This document shows, piece after piece, positions 18,500-28,244 of a stretch of DNA of 64,000 bases. The stretch's first letter is position 1; each line of letters opens with the position of its first letter. The position numbers were made by a program, and so were the translations under genes. The stretch is taken from positions 21,045-85,044 of the forward strand of contig CAZZLD010000006.1 of NCBI GenBank assembly GCA_964655075.1. The letters are read 5' to 3'. The notes beneath the pieces were generated by a model. That model was not told the DNA's origin, searched no databases, and was given only the letters and a program-made list of their open reading frames with translations. Source of the DNA: an uncultured Candidatus Bathyarchaeia archaeon. GTDB taxonomy: Archaea; Thermoproteota; Bathyarchaeia; Bathyarchaeales; Bathyarchaeaceae.

Positions 18500-18982
18500 A
18501 TGGAGCTTAAAGTGGTAAAGATAGAAATGCCTAAAAACTGCAACGTAGTTCTGGGCATGGCACACTTCATCAAGACTGTGGAAGACCTATACGAGGCTTT
18601 GGTTGGTTCTGTTCCAAACGTCAAGTTCGGTTTAGCCTTCTGCGAAAGCTCCGGAGACTGTTTGGTGCGAGTTGAGGGAACAGATGAGGAGTTGAAAGCA
18701 GCAGCGGCGAAGAACATGCTGAACCTCGGTTGCGGCCACTCCTTCCTCATCTTCTTACGCGGCGCCTATCCGATCAACGTGCTAAATGCGATAAAGCGCG
18801 TGCAGGAAGTTTGCACAGTTTACGCTGCTACGGCTAACCCCCTACAGGTTGTTGTTGCAGAAACCGACCAAGGACGAGGCATTCTCGGCGTAGTTGACGG
18901 GTTAAAGCCGAAAGGCATCGAAGACGAGAAGGGCGTGAAGTGGCGGAAAGAACTGCTTAGAAAAATAGGATACAAAAAATAG
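18500..18982 (+). CDS. Adenosine-specific kinase family protein (PF04008/DUF355-like)
   Basis: 160 aa. [20 protein letters not shown]...[10 protein letters not shown]...GCGHSFLI...[10 protein letters not shown] matches my recollection of this archaeal family. Confidence 0.65.
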   Translation: MELKVVKIEMPKNCNVVLGMAHFIKTVEDLYEALVGSVPNVKFGLAFCESSGDCLVRVEGTDEELKAAAAKNMLNLGCGHSFLIFLRGAYPINVLNAIKRVQEVCTVYAATANPLQVVVAETDQGRGILGVVDGLKPKGIEDEKGVKWRKELLRKIGYKK

Positions 18983-19128
18983 CATCGACAATGCTACGTA
19001 TATAGCGCCTTTTATCACAAGCCCAGAACTGGTTTTGCGTGGTCCTGAAGACCATGATTTCAGGAATCTAATGAATGCCGATGAAAGTAAGAGGCGTAAC
19101 GCTACACCTTATCGTTCTTTTGTGTCAA

Positions 19129-20085
19129 TCAAATTTCGGTGAGTGTTGCTTGAAAAAGAACATACAGTAGAATTAATAGGATGCCGCCCCATTTAGGTAT
19201 TCCACCCTTCGTCAGAAAACGCCATAAAAGAAGCGTTGTTATTAAGAGAAAAGGAAGGATTTCTGTGAGGATAGTTAAGTTGACTGTAAAGGGTGCCGTT
19301 ATAAGAATAAATCCTAGAATTAAGGCTATATTTGTAAGATTAGAGCCAATTGCGTCTCCTATTGCAAGGCGAACTCGTCCCCGCCTTACCGCGGTCACAT
19401 CCAGCGCCAACTCAGGTAGTGATGTGCCTATCGCCACTATCTTTGCCCCTATGAGGATCGGAGGAATTCCCAGAATGGTTGCAATGCCGGATGCTGACCA
19501 GACTGTGAACCTTGCAGCGAGGATGACAACGGCTATTCCTCCAACCACTTTCGCCATGATAACGGTTTTAGTCTTTCCATCTCTTGAGTTCCTCTTTTGA
19601 TCAACTGGCGGCGTCTTCCGTGTCTTTGCCATCGCATAAATGCTGAAGATAAAAACTCCGATAAGTGCTGCGCCGACGAGAGGACCAATTTGGAAGAATG
19701 CTGAAAAGAGAGGGATTACCAGAAGAATGGGGATTGCCGAAGAAAAAAATAGGATGTCTACCATCTCTACTAAGAAGTCTGACTTAACGTTTTCAAGAGG
19801 GCCGATTATCGCCATCACGCCTATCACTATCCCGATGTTGAACATGTTGGAACCCAATATGTCGCCAACACTAATTCCTGGAGTACCTTGAATTACTGAG
19901 AAAGTTGCCACTATCATCTCAGGTATGGAGGTCATAACCGAAAGGATAACAAACCCGGCAGAGGCTTCGCTGAGCCTAGTAAGTTTGATCAAAGCTTCTA
20001 TAGACTCTATGGCCCAATGACTAGCCTTCGCGAGAACAGCTAGCGAGACTACTAAGATTATCCCTAAGGTTATTGGATCTATCAT
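19129..20085 (-). CDS. Ca2+/cation antiporter (CaCA/YrbG family sodium:calcium exchanger)
   Basis: Two alpha-repeat motifs are present: GDILGSNMFNIGI with MTSIPEM, and GTSLPELA with GDAIGSNLTNI. About 10 TM helices. Confidence 0.9.
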   Translation of the reverse strand: MIDPITLGIILVVSLAVLAKASHWAIESIEALIKLTRLSEASAGFVILSVMTSIPEMIVATFSVIQGTPGISVGDILGSNMFNIGIVIGVMAIIGPLENVKSDFLVEMVDILFFSSAIPILLVIPLFSAFFQIGPLVGAALIGVFIFSIYAMAKTRKTPPVDQKRNSRDGKTKTVIMAKVVGGIAVVILAARFTVWSASGIATILGIPPILIGAKIVAIGTSLPELALDVTAVRRGRVRLAIGDAIGSNLTNIALILGFILITAPFTVNLTILTEILPFLLITTLLLWRFLTKGGIPKWGGILLILLYVLFQATLTEI

Positions 20086-20154
20086 CGTGAATGTCCTCTC
20101 TGGCGGACAACTGGAGGAGCAACATACTTCCGTGGCTTGTTGCCTTCCTCTCTT

Positions 20155-20228
20155 TTAACATTAATTTAAGTGGTATTAACGTTTTAACTAATTATACCGA
20201 TTTAACATTTATAAACATTCATAATGTT
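20155..20228. promoter_or_regulatory. Cluster of TTAAC(A/G)TT / AACATT motifs in the divergent CaCA-ArsR intergenic region (candidate operator)
   Basis: TTAACATT occurs at 20155-20162 and 20202-20209, and TTAACGTT at 20176-20183. AACATT occurs at 20213-20218, with inverted AATGTT at 20223-20228. The cluster lies about 40-110 nt upstream of the ArsR-family gene start. Confidence 0.35.
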
Positions 20229-20266
20229 ACTTAAACCTGAGCGCACAATGGAATGGAGACGAAAAT

Positions 20267-20827
20267 GTGTCTGAGCCTAGGAAAGCCGTCTACATCGTGG
20301 ATGCCCCCGAGAGCATCAGCTTGCTCGCTGACTTCACGCGGACAGAAATCCTTCGGTTGCTAAACAAAGGTCCAATGACGGAAACTCAGCTCTCTGAGCA
20401 GCTTGGGCTGACGAAGGCCGCTGTCGGCTACCACCTACACCTACTCAAGGACGCGGGGCTCATAAAAATAGACAAGGTTGAGGCGGAGAAACACGGCATC
20501 CTACAGAAATATTACACTCCCATAGCGATTTTGCTCATCATTGACCCCGATCGCATACCAAAGGACGTTCAAAGATACTTTATACGGACCCAAATAGAGC
20601 ATCTGAGGGGCATGTTCAGCACCTTCAAATTGTACCATCACGCTTCCGAAGTTTCGTCAAGAACCCTAGAAAAATTGGCTGTAGCAATGTTAAAACAGCT
20701 CAAAATTGTTGGACAAAAGCACACGAAAGATGTGGCACCGAAAGAAGCTGAAGCCTTAAGGATAAAAATCTACGCTGAAGCTCTTACCAACCTCACTCAA
20801 CAGAAGGAGTGGCGCAGCCTATTTTGA
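20267..20827 (+). CDS. ArsR-family wHTH transcriptional regulator with helical C-terminal domain
   Basis: GTG start. LADFTRTEILRLLNKGPMTETQLSEQLGLTKAAVGYHLHLLKDAGLI is ArsR-type wHTH. Confidence 0.8.
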   Translation: MSEPRKAVYIVDAPESISLLADFTRTEILRLLNKGPMTETQLSEQLGLTKAAVGYHLHLLKDAGLIKIDKVEAEKHGILQKYYTPIAILLIIDPDRIPKDVQRYFIRTQIEHLRGMFSTFKLYHHASEVSSRTLEKLAVAMLKQLKIVGQKHTKDVAPKEAEALRIKIYAEALTNLTQQKEWRSLF

Positions 20828-20900
20828 ACATGAGGAGAATTACATACCTGCTAAATCTTTAAGAGGGGTTCGTCCTCTCCTACTTTAAGGATGCAGGAGT

Positions 20901-21194
20901 ATGAAGAAGCGTCATATATCTAAGGAAGAAGTTGAGCACATTGCGTGGCTTGCACGCGTAGAACTTTCTGAACAAGAAAAAGCCCGCTTCACTGAGCAGT
21001 TCAACCGAATTCTTGACTACTTTAAGAAAATCGACGAGGTGAACGCCAAAAATGTTCCGCCGACCTACCACGTTTTGGAGCTAATCAACGTTTACCGCGA
21101 GGACAAAGTGACACCTTCTCTCCCTCCGAAAGAGATTCTTAAAAACGCGCCTAAGAAAGAGAAGCGGTTTTTCAAGGCGCCCAGAATCGTGTAG
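20901..21194 (+). CDS. gatC: Asp/Glu-tRNA amidotransferase subunit C
   Basis: 97 aa. VEHIAWLARVELSEQEKARFTEQFNRILDYFKKIDEV is typical GatC, and the gene sits directly upstream of gatA-gatB. Confidence 0.9.
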   Translation: MKKRHISKEEVEHIAWLARVELSEQEKARFTEQFNRILDYFKKIDEVNAKNVPPTYHVLELINVYREDKVTPSLPPKEILKNAPKKEKRFFKAPRIV

Positions 21195-21210
21195 GAGCAC
21201 GTGTACGGCC

Positions 21211-22680
21211 ATGCCTAAGTTAAATGAGTTGACGGCGCAAGAACTCGCACAAAAAATATTGAGGCGCGAAGTAACCGCCGAAGAATGCGTGTTATCCTGT
21301 TTTGAAAGAATGCGCAGAGTGGAAAGCACGGTTCACGCCTTTGTCACACTGGTTGAAGAAGAGGCGGTTAAAAGAGCCAAGGAAGTTGATAAGAAGATCG
21401 CAGTTGGCAAACCAGTTGGAAGACTTGCCGGCGTCCCCATAGTCATTAAAGACAACATATGCACTGAAGGCATCCGCACCACCTGTTCTTCGCACATGCT
21501 TGCAAATTTTATTCCTCCCTACGACGCCACGGTTATTGAGAAAATCAAGCAGGAGGACAGCGTCATCATCGGCAAGGCGAACATGGACGAGTTTGCCATG
21601 GGCTCCTCTACGGAAACCAGCTGTTTTGGGGCGACGCATAATCCTTGGGACCCCTCAACTGTTCCCGGGGGTTCTTCTGGGGGAAGCGCGGCAGCCGTTG
21701 CTGCTGACGAGGCGGCTCTGGCTTTGGGTTCGGATACAGGCGGCTCCATCAGGTGTCCAGCGAGCTACTGCTCTGTGGTAGGGCTGAAGTCGACTTACGG
21801 GTTGGTGAGCCGTTACGGACTGATCGCTTACGCCAACAGCCTTGAGCAGATTGGACCGCTCGCGAAGAGCGTGTATGACTGCGCCCTGTTATTCAGCGTT
21901 CTATCTGGTTATGATCCTAGGGACAGCACGTCCGTGAAAACGGAGGGGAAGGATTACCCGCGGTTTCTCAAGGCGGATGTCAAAGGCTTGAAGATCGGGG
22001 TGCCTCGGGAGTTTTTCGGCGAAGGAACCAGCAAAGAGGTTGAGAAGACGGTTTGGGGGGCGGTTCATAAGCTGGAGGATTTGGGGGCTGTTCGCAGTGA
22101 GGCTTCGCTTCCGAGTTTGGAGTACACGATTCCCACTTACTATTTGATAGCTATGTCGGAGGCAAGTTCCAACTTGGCACGTTACGACGGTCTGCGTTAT
22201 GGTTTCCGAGTTAAGCAGGACAGCGGAGACTGGTCAACTGTTTATTCAAAGGACAGGCGAAAGGGCTTCGGGGACGAGGTTAGGCGGAGGATCATCTTGG
22301 GCACTTACGCTTTGTCCGTTGGCTACTACGACAAGTATTATTTGAAGGCGCTTCAGGTTCGAACTTTAATTCGCAGGGACTTCGAAAAAGCCTTCAAAAG
22401 CTTCGATGTGCTGGTTGGACCTACCATGCCTGTTCCGCCCTTCAAAATCGGAGAGAAAATCGAAGACCCATTGGCGCTGTACATGTGCGATGTGCTCACG
22501 GCTCCCGCAAACCTCACCGGGTATCCGGCCCTCTCCGTGCCCTGCGGCTTCACCAGCAACAAACTGCCTGTGGGCATGCAAATAACTGCCCCGCCCTTCA
22601 GAGAAGACCTAACGTTTCAAGTGGGCTATGCCTTCGAACAAGCCACAGAATATAAGTCTCAAAAACCACCGTTAAGGTGA
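21211..22680 (+). CDS. gatA: Asp/Glu-tRNA amidotransferase subunit A
   Basis: Amidase signature GGSSGGSAAAVAA...GSDTGGSIRCPAS. 489 aa. Confidence 0.95.
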   Translation: MPKLNELTAQELAQKILRREVTAEECVLSCFERMRRVESTVHAFVTLVEEEAVKRAKEVDKKIAVGKPVGRLAGVPIVIKDNICTEGIRTTCSSHMLANFIPPYDATVIEKIKQEDSVIIGKANMDEFAMGSSTETSCFGATHNPWDPSTVPGGSSGGSAAAVAADEAALALGSDTGGSIRCPASYCSVVGLKSTYGLVSRYGLIAYANSLEQIGPLAKSVYDCALLFSVLSGYDPRDSTSVKTEGKDYPRFLKADVKGLKIGVPREFFGEGTSKEVEKTVWGAVHKLEDLGAVRSEASLPSLEYTIPTYYLIAMSEASSNLARYDGLRYGFRVKQDSGDWSTVYSKDRRKGFGDEVRRRIILGTYALSVGYYDKYYLKALQVRTLIRRDFEKAFKSFDVLVGPTMPVPPFKIGEKIEDPLALYMCDVLTAPANLTGYPALSVPCGFTSNKLPVGMQITAPPFREDLTFQVGYAFEQATEYKSQKPPLR

Positions 22681-22681
22681 A

Positions 22682-24151
22682 ATGCCTATGGCACCGCCTA
22701 GAATTAAGATCGGTCTTGAAGTTCATGTGCAGTTGACGAGCTTGAAGAGTAAGCTTTTCTGCGGTTGCTCTTCGGATTACCGGGGTAAAGACCCGAATCT
22801 GATGGTTTGTCCCGTTTGTCTCGGCATTCCAGGCTCGCTTCCTGTGGTTAACAGCCGCGCGGTGGAGTTCGCGGTTATGGCGGCTCTAGCCCTAAACTGC
22901 ACGGTTTCGGAGCGCATGTTCTTCTTCCGCAAGAACTACTTTTACCCGGACATGCCGAAAAACTTTCAGATTTCCCAGTATGACCGCGCCGGCGGCGTAC
23001 CCCTAGCCGTAAACGGGCACCTCTACATCGAGGTGAAGAAAAAACGGAAACTCGTCAGGATCGGCCGCGTCCACTTGGAGGAGGACCCCGGCAGGCTGGT
23101 GCACTTGGGAGCCATCGACCAGTCGCCTTACACGCTGGTGGACTACAACCGGGCGGGCGTAACGCTGCTGGAAGTTGTGACGGAGCCCGACTTGGACTCG
23201 CCAAGAGAAGCTAGAGTCTTCCTTCAGAGGCTTAGGTCGATTTTAGAGCACTTGGGCATCTTCGACGGCAGCTTAGAGGGCGCCATGCGATGTGACGCAA
23301 ATATTTCTCTTGCAGGCGGAACCCGCGTTGAAGTAAAAAACATCTCGTCCTTCAAGGAAGTGGAACGGGCTTTAGGCTTCGAAATTATGCGGCAGAAGGA
23401 CTTGGTGGACAAGGGGCTTGCAGTTAAGCGGGAAACTAGGCACTGGGACGAAACTAGGCGAATAACCATCAGTCTCCGCACTAAGGAGGAAGAGCAGGAT
23501 TACAGGTATTTCCCTGAGCCGGACCTAGTTCCCATCGAGATAAGCAGAGACTTCGTTGAAAAAGTTAGGACGGGGATGCCGGAGCTGCCCGTTGCTCGAA
23601 TAAAGCGGTTCGTGAGGGAATATGGCATACCGCGTTACGACGCTGGGGTGCTGGTTGGCGACAAGGCGCTGGCAGACTTTTTCGAGGAAAGCGTCAAACG
23701 GTATGATAAGCCGAAGGCGATAAGCAACTGGATGATGAGCGATCTCCTGCGGAACCTGTATGAAAATAACTTGGAGCTTTTGGAGTCGAAGATCACGCCA
23801 GCCCACCTAGTTGAAATGATCAAACTCATCGATGAAGGCGTCATAAGCGGAAAAATCGGCAAATACATCATGCCGAAGATGGTGCTAACTGGGAAACATC
23901 CGAAACAGATCGTCGAAGAAAAGGGACTGAAGAAAATCGCCTCTCGGAAAGAATTGGAGAAACTGGTGGATAAGATCTTCGCCGAGAACCAGAAGGCAGT
24001 TAAGGACGCTTTAACTGACGACAAAGCAATGCACTTCCTCGTCGGTCAGCTCATGAAGGCAACAAAGGGAAAGGCAGACCCTGAACTAGCCAACGAGATA
24101 ATTCGCGAGAAACTGGGAAACATGAAGAGAGCTGAAAAACAGGGCGTTTAA
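22682..24151 (+). CDS. gatB: Asp/Glu-tRNA amidotransferase subunit B
   Basis: IGLEVHVQL, CPVCLGIPGSLP and DYNRAGVTLLEVVTEPD are present, with a C-terminal YqeY-like tail. The gene starts 1 nt after the gatA stop. Confidence 0.95.
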   Translation: MPMAPPRIKIGLEVHVQLTSLKSKLFCGCSSDYRGKDPNLMVCPVCLGIPGSLPVVNSRAVEFAVMAALALNCTVSERMFFFRKNYFYPDMPKNFQISQYDRAGGVPLAVNGHLYIEVKKKRKLVRIGRVHLEEDPGRLVHLGAIDQSPYTLVDYNRAGVTLLEVVTEPDLDSPREARVFLQRLRSILEHLGIFDGSLEGAMRCDANISLAGGTRVEVKNISSFKEVERALGFEIMRQKDLVDKGLAVKRETRHWDETRRITISLRTKEEEQDYRYFPEPDLVPIEISRDFVEKVRTGMPELPVARIKRFVREYGIPRYDAGVLVGDKALADFFEESVKRYDKPKAISNWMMSDLLRNLYENNLELLESKITPAHLVEMIKLIDEGVISGKIGKYIMPKMVLTGKHPKQIVEEKGLKKIASRKELEKLVDKIFAENQKAVKDALTDDKAMHFLVGQLMKATKGKADPELANEIIREKLGNMKRAEKQGV

Positions 24152-24828
24152 GGTTTCACTTCTTCTTTAATCAAACGCAGGAAAATAATCAAACCAGCCG
24201 TGAACGAAGCTAAGCCGATGGGAACGCGGACTATATACGGAACTTCCAGCTTTTGAAGAAACAAAAGCACGTAGGTGGGTCCACCGAATATAAGAAGCGC
24301 CGAAACAGGAATCATTACCGCCCATATGAGTCTCTTCTGTTCCTCCTTCTTTAAGACGAAGAAAGCCAGGATTATGCCTACCAACGTTAAGGCAGCAACG
24401 GACCCAGAGAGAGGCATCGTGTTCGCAAACTGCGAAATTATTGTTCTAGTAGAAGTATCGGCGGGGCTCCGCCACCAAATGAGCGCCAGAGAGACGACTG
24501 CAACACCTATACCTAAAAACATGAGAATTGGAGTTTTTCCAAGCATTTTCCGTTTGTTTCCCGCAGGCAAACTACGGTATTGAAGCCAGAATGAAGCAAC
24601 AACTAAAACGAGGAACGCAGGGAATATGGCGGGGTTACGTCCCACGCTGTCAAAAACCTTTACGGACATGGGCGTCTTGAAGCCCTCTTGGGACCAGAAG
24701 GCCAACATGGAGACAATTGGCACCAAAACTGCCACGATCAACAGCGCGTTCGAAAACTTCGGGTTATTCAAAATTGATGCATCAAACTTAACCGGAACAG
24801 CAGCCTTTCTTTTTTTCTTCGTCGTCAA
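24148..24828 (-). CDS. Hypothetical polytopic membrane protein
   Basis: 226 aa with about 6 hydrophobic segments and no recognisable motif. Its stop shares the TTAA tetranucleotide with the convergent gatB stop. Confidence 0.6.
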   Translation of the reverse strand: MTTKKKRKAAVPVKFDASILNNPKFSNALLIVAVLVPIVSMLAFWSQEGFKTPMSVKVFDSVGRNPAIFPAFLVLVVASFWLQYRSLPAGNKRKMLGKTPILMFLGIGVAVVSLALIWWRSPADTSTRTIISQFANTMPLSGSVAALTLVGIILAFFVLKKEEQKRLIWAVMIPVSALLIFGGPTYVLLFLQKLEVPYIVRVPIGLASFTAGLIIFLRLIKEEVKP

Positions 24829-24872
24829 CTAACATCCCTTCTAATGGCAAAACCGTAAAGGATGACTCCTTC

Positions 24873-25664
24873 TTAACGCTTTCCCTCGTCCTGTTTAACT
24901 GCCTTGCGTGCGGAGGTGATGTATCCGGTATGCCCAGTCATAAGCGTTTCAGGTCGCGTTTTTCCCCGTTCAATCTGCATTCCCCGCATGAGACACTCAA
25001 CGGTTCTAACGTCCACGAAGCCGTCTGCCTTTAGCGCTTCAACAGTTTTTACCACCTGATCCATGGTTGGGCTGAAGGAAACCAGAGCGCCGCTTCCCTT
25101 CAACGCGGAATAGGCGTGAGGCACAACCAGCCACGGCGTCGCCATGTCCAAAATCACAGCATCCACATCTTTTTCTTCGATGCCTGCCGTTATGTCCTTG
25201 TTTTTCAGTTCCACCCACTCGGACACTCCCGCTCTTTCCACATTTTTTCGAGCGAGTTCCATGAACTGCTCACGGATTTCGTAACTGTAAACTCGCCCTG
25301 ACGGCTTAACGTAGAACGCCAACGCGCTGGTGAGGGCGCCAGTTCCGGTTCCCGCTTCGACAACTCGGCTGCCTGGACCCGAGCCGCTGAACATGACGAT
25401 GAGCGCTATGTCCTTCGGATAGGTTATCTGGGTTTTTCTGAGCATTTTGAATATGTAATCTCGCACGTTTGGTTTTAGAGCTACAAACTGGATTCCCATG
25501 GTGCTCGTTATTTGAGTGCCGTATTCCTTGCCGATCAGTTCGCTCAACTGCACGATTCCTTTGTGGGTGTGAAAGCTTTTCTCCTTTTCCGCTTTCACCA
25601 GATAGGTTCTTTTTTGATCCAGATAGAGGAGAACATCGTCTCCTTCGCGGATAGCCTCAGGCAA
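24873..25664 (-). CDS. trmI: tRNA (adenine-N1)-methyltransferase TrmI/Trm61 (GCD14 family)
   Basis: The N-terminal beta domain is EGDDVLLYLDQKRTYLVK. SAM motif VVEAGTGTGALTSALA is present, and the length (263 aa) is typical. Confidence 0.85.
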   Translation of the reverse strand: MPEAIREGDDVLLYLDQKRTYLVKAEKEKSFHTHKGIVQLSELIGKEYGTQITSTMGIQFVALKPNVRDYIFKMLRKTQITYPKDIALIVMFSGSGPGSRVVEAGTGTGALTSALAFYVKPSGRVYSYEIREQFMELARKNVERAGVSEWVELKNKDITAGIEEKDVDAVILDMATPWLVVPHAYSALKGSGALVSFSPTMDQVVKTVEALKADGFVDVRTVECLMRGMQIERGKTRPETLMTGHTGYITSARKAVKQDEGKR

Positions 25665-25780
25665 ATCTGTCCCTCATTTTCGTCTAAAAAGGTTAGAGGC
25701 AACAATAATAAATATATCTGATCTTACCTAAACCTATTTAATGACACACTTATATTAGGAACAAAGCATACAAAAACAGG

Positions 25781-27424
25781 GTGGAAAATGTGACGGAAGA
25801 GGCATCTAGGCTTTTTCTTCCCTTCGCAGTCCCTGCTGGAGATCGGGAGACGTTTACGCTTGAGATGGAAATAGCAACTGTTTTTTGTTTAGCCGAATCA
25901 GACAGAGAAAAAGGTGGAGGTGTAATTCTAAAAAAGGCTCCCGAAGAGTTAACTTTTGTCGCTGAGATTCACTATCCTCTGTGGTTGGTCCCTTGGAGAA
26001 GGAGAAAATTTCTGTTTGACGGATTCGGTATTTCAACGCACACCTTGTCCTACGATGTGCTGCCTGACATACATGCTTTCACTAACGAAATTCGTGGAAG
26101 CGCAGAATCCCGTGAAGCCTACTCTGCTTATCTCTCCCACCACCTGAATTACTTCGAAGCCTTCGCAGGAAAAGAAGAAGAAACAATAGAGGGGCTTATC
26201 ACAAATCCGCAGTTCATACAAGACTTCGTAAAATATCTTCCAGAAGCTAAGAGAACCGAAAAATCCACAGTTGAAAAGGTGATTTTGGAGCCGACACTTG
26301 ACGAGGAGACAATTTCATCTTCGCTTCAAGAACTGTCAAGCCTTAGAGCCGCGTTGAAAAAGGATGTTCTCAGCCTCAGTCAAGCTATGAAACTTCTTAA
26401 CACTACAACTCAAAAACAGGTAAAAACGATTAGTAAAACAATCAAAATCACTCAAAAAGATTTTGACAAGAAAATCGCGGTTGCCACAGCCTCCGCTTTG
26501 AAGGAGACCCGCAAAATCCAGAAAAGATACGATAAACAGATCACTGGGGTTTCCAGAAAGTTCGAGAAGCAGCTTCAAGCCCTCCATCAGGAACAGGTTA
26601 AAGCCGAACAAACCAGTAGTCGGTTAACTGCCGAAGCAGAACAGTTTGAAGTTGAAAGAGAAACGTGCAGATCCCGCAAAAATGGGAAAGGAGAAGCCCA
26701 CTGGAAACAGAAAATTGAAGAAGCGAAGAAGGAACTTGCGACTTTAGAAAAAACCATGGGTGATTTGAATAAAAAAATTGAGGAAGTTAACGCTGCCAAG
26801 AAATTTGAGATAACCAAACTTAAAACGGAATACGAAAGCCAAGCTGAAAGGACGAAAGCTAAGGTAAGAGACTTAGAGGCCTCTCGCGAAGCTGAAGTTC
26901 GACTGAAGCAGGAGGAAATGCAGAAGATGGAGGAGATGTCGCATTCTATTGTGGATCAGATGAACCGTTTGTTGGAGTTGAAGAGGGTGGCGCTGAAGGA
27001 AATCGAGAGTGAAGGCATAACCGGCGGAGGAAAGAGGTATACCATGGTTCATGTGCCCTTCTATTTGGCTTGTTACCAGAAGGAAATGAAGAAAAGATAC
27101 GTGGTTGTTTCGCCTTCTTACGCGAGAGGTATGAGAGGACTAACGAGGCTTAAGGGAGTTTTCGGCGCGGCGAAGATAAAGTCTCTATTCCAAAACCGCT
27201 CTAAATCAATAACGGACTTGCTTGATCAGCTCGTAACTCTGGTTCAGCATAACCCAGTTTTCGAAAAGGAAATAATTGACGCTGGTTTCCGCGCTAACAT
27301 CCTGCGAACTAAGGAATCCAAGGGAAAAGTGAAAGAAGGCTTAGAACAATTAAAAGATGAAGAGTGGCTTTCTGAAAACGAATTTCAAATATTTAATGAA
27401 GCCTTAAAACAGCCAGTTGCATAG
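25781..27424 (+). CDS. Hypothetical 547-aa protein: N-terminal globular domain, ~250-aa coiled coil, C-terminal globular domain
   Basis: GTG start. The central K/E/Q-rich heptad-like region spans roughly aa 180-400. I recognise no catalytic or family motif. Confidence 0.7.
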   Translation: MENVTEEASRLFLPFAVPAGDRETFTLEMEIATVFCLAESDREKGGGVILKKAPEELTFVAEIHYPLWLVPWRRRKFLFDGFGISTHTLSYDVLPDIHAFTNEIRGSAESREAYSAYLSHHLNYFEAFAGKEEETIEGLITNPQFIQDFVKYLPEAKRTEKSTVEKVILEPTLDEETISSSLQELSSLRAALKKDVLSLSQAMKLLNTTTQKQVKTISKTIKITQKDFDKKIAVATASALKETRKIQKRYDKQITGVSRKFEKQLQALHQEQVKAEQTSSRLTAEAEQFEVERETCRSRKNGKGEAHWKQKIEEAKKELATLEKTMGDLNKKIEEVNAAKKFEITKLKTEYESQAERTKAKVRDLEASREAEVRLKQEEMQKMEEMSHSIVDQMNRLLELKRVALKEIESEGITGGGKRYTMVHVPFYLACYQKEMKKRYVVVSPSYARGMRGLTRLKGVFGAAKIKSLFQNRSKSITDLLDQLVTLVQHNPVFEKEIIDAGFRANILRTKESKGKVKEGLEQLKDEEWLSENEFQIFNEALKQPVA

Positions 27425-27471
27425 CCCGCAATCTTCTGGAAAAGGTTAATGGGAAGCACTGGGAAGCTAGA

Positions 27472-27660
27472 GTGCTTTATCCTTATGTTGGGAATGTTCA
27501 CGGTCACAGGTATGAGAACACTTACTGTCCTAAATGCGGCGAGCCACTGATTAAACGGTTCAGCTACACTGTGGTCAGATGCAAAATAACGGGTGACAAA
27601 AGATGTCCTAAGTGCCGCCACCCTATCCCAATAACAGGAAGCTACATTAGAAAGCAGTAA
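27472..27660 (+). pseudogene. Orphan 3' remnant of an AmmeMemoRadiSam-type (PflA-like) radical SAM gene: zinc-ribbon tail only
   Basis: LYPYVGNVHGHRYENTYCPKCGEPLIKRFSYTVVRCKITGDKRCPKCRHPIPI matches the conserved C-terminal tail (YVYxGNVxG...NTYCPxCGxxLIxR...CxxCGxxIP) of these ~330-aa enzymes. No radical SAM core lies upstream. The frame is open back to 27400, with no start before the GTG at 27472. Confidence 0.5.
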
Positions 27661-27663
27661 CGT

Positions 27664-27912
27664 CTAAGGCGGCAGTTGTCTTGTCGCTAGGATTTTTTCG
27701 ATTTTCGCTAGCCGTTTTTCTATGGCGTCTAGTCTATCCAGTATTTGTTTGAGCACTCTGCCTACGTCTTCGGCTGGAACCGCGGGTAACGGAAGCGGCG
27801 AGGGCCATCTTCCTTCTTCAGGTTTTTCTGGTAGTCTAGGTGTTAACGGCGGAGGTTGAAATGCCGCTTTTTTCTTATCTTCGTTTCCATCCATTTTCTG
27901 TTCCCTTTTCAC
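27664..27912 (-). CDS. Hypothetical small protein (Pro-rich N-terminus, C-terminal coiled-coil helix)
   Basis: 82-aa ORF with C-terminus VLKQILDRLDAIEKRLAKIEKIL. No homology recognised. Confidence 0.4.
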   Translation of the reverse strand: MKREQKMDGNEDKKKAAFQPPPLTPRLPEKPEEGRWPSPLPLPAVPAEDVGRVLKQILDRLDAIEKRLAKIEKILATRQLPP

Positions 27913-28244
27913 CTAAAAGATTGTGTTGCAAGTTATTTAAAGGAAACGCAGGACGGGATGTTTTACTTTCTTTTAGGTTTGCCTTCCGCGTCGTAGGTTA
28001 CGGACATAGAATATCCTGAGTCTCCTTCAGAGAGTTCTCTGTCAAAGGGAAAATCCTCATCAGTAAAACCGAAAAGGTCAAAAAAACCGCCTCTTTCGGC
28101 TTCTCTCAGACACCCGTATGCACCAAAAAAAACGGCTGAAGAACTGAATTAAAAATTTATCCCCAAACCCAAACTGATCTACCGATGATCGAATCCTAAT
28201 TTTGGACGATACTTTTTTATTCAGAATAATACATATGAAGATTT

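Noticed and set aside
27955-28150. Minus-strand open frame encoding ...GGFFDLFGFTDEDFPFDRELSEGDSGYSMSVTYDAEGKPKRK
   Set aside because: It looks peptide-like, but there is no start codon between the upstream TAA and a Met only 14 codons before the stop. It may be a gene remnant, and the evidence is insufficient to call it.
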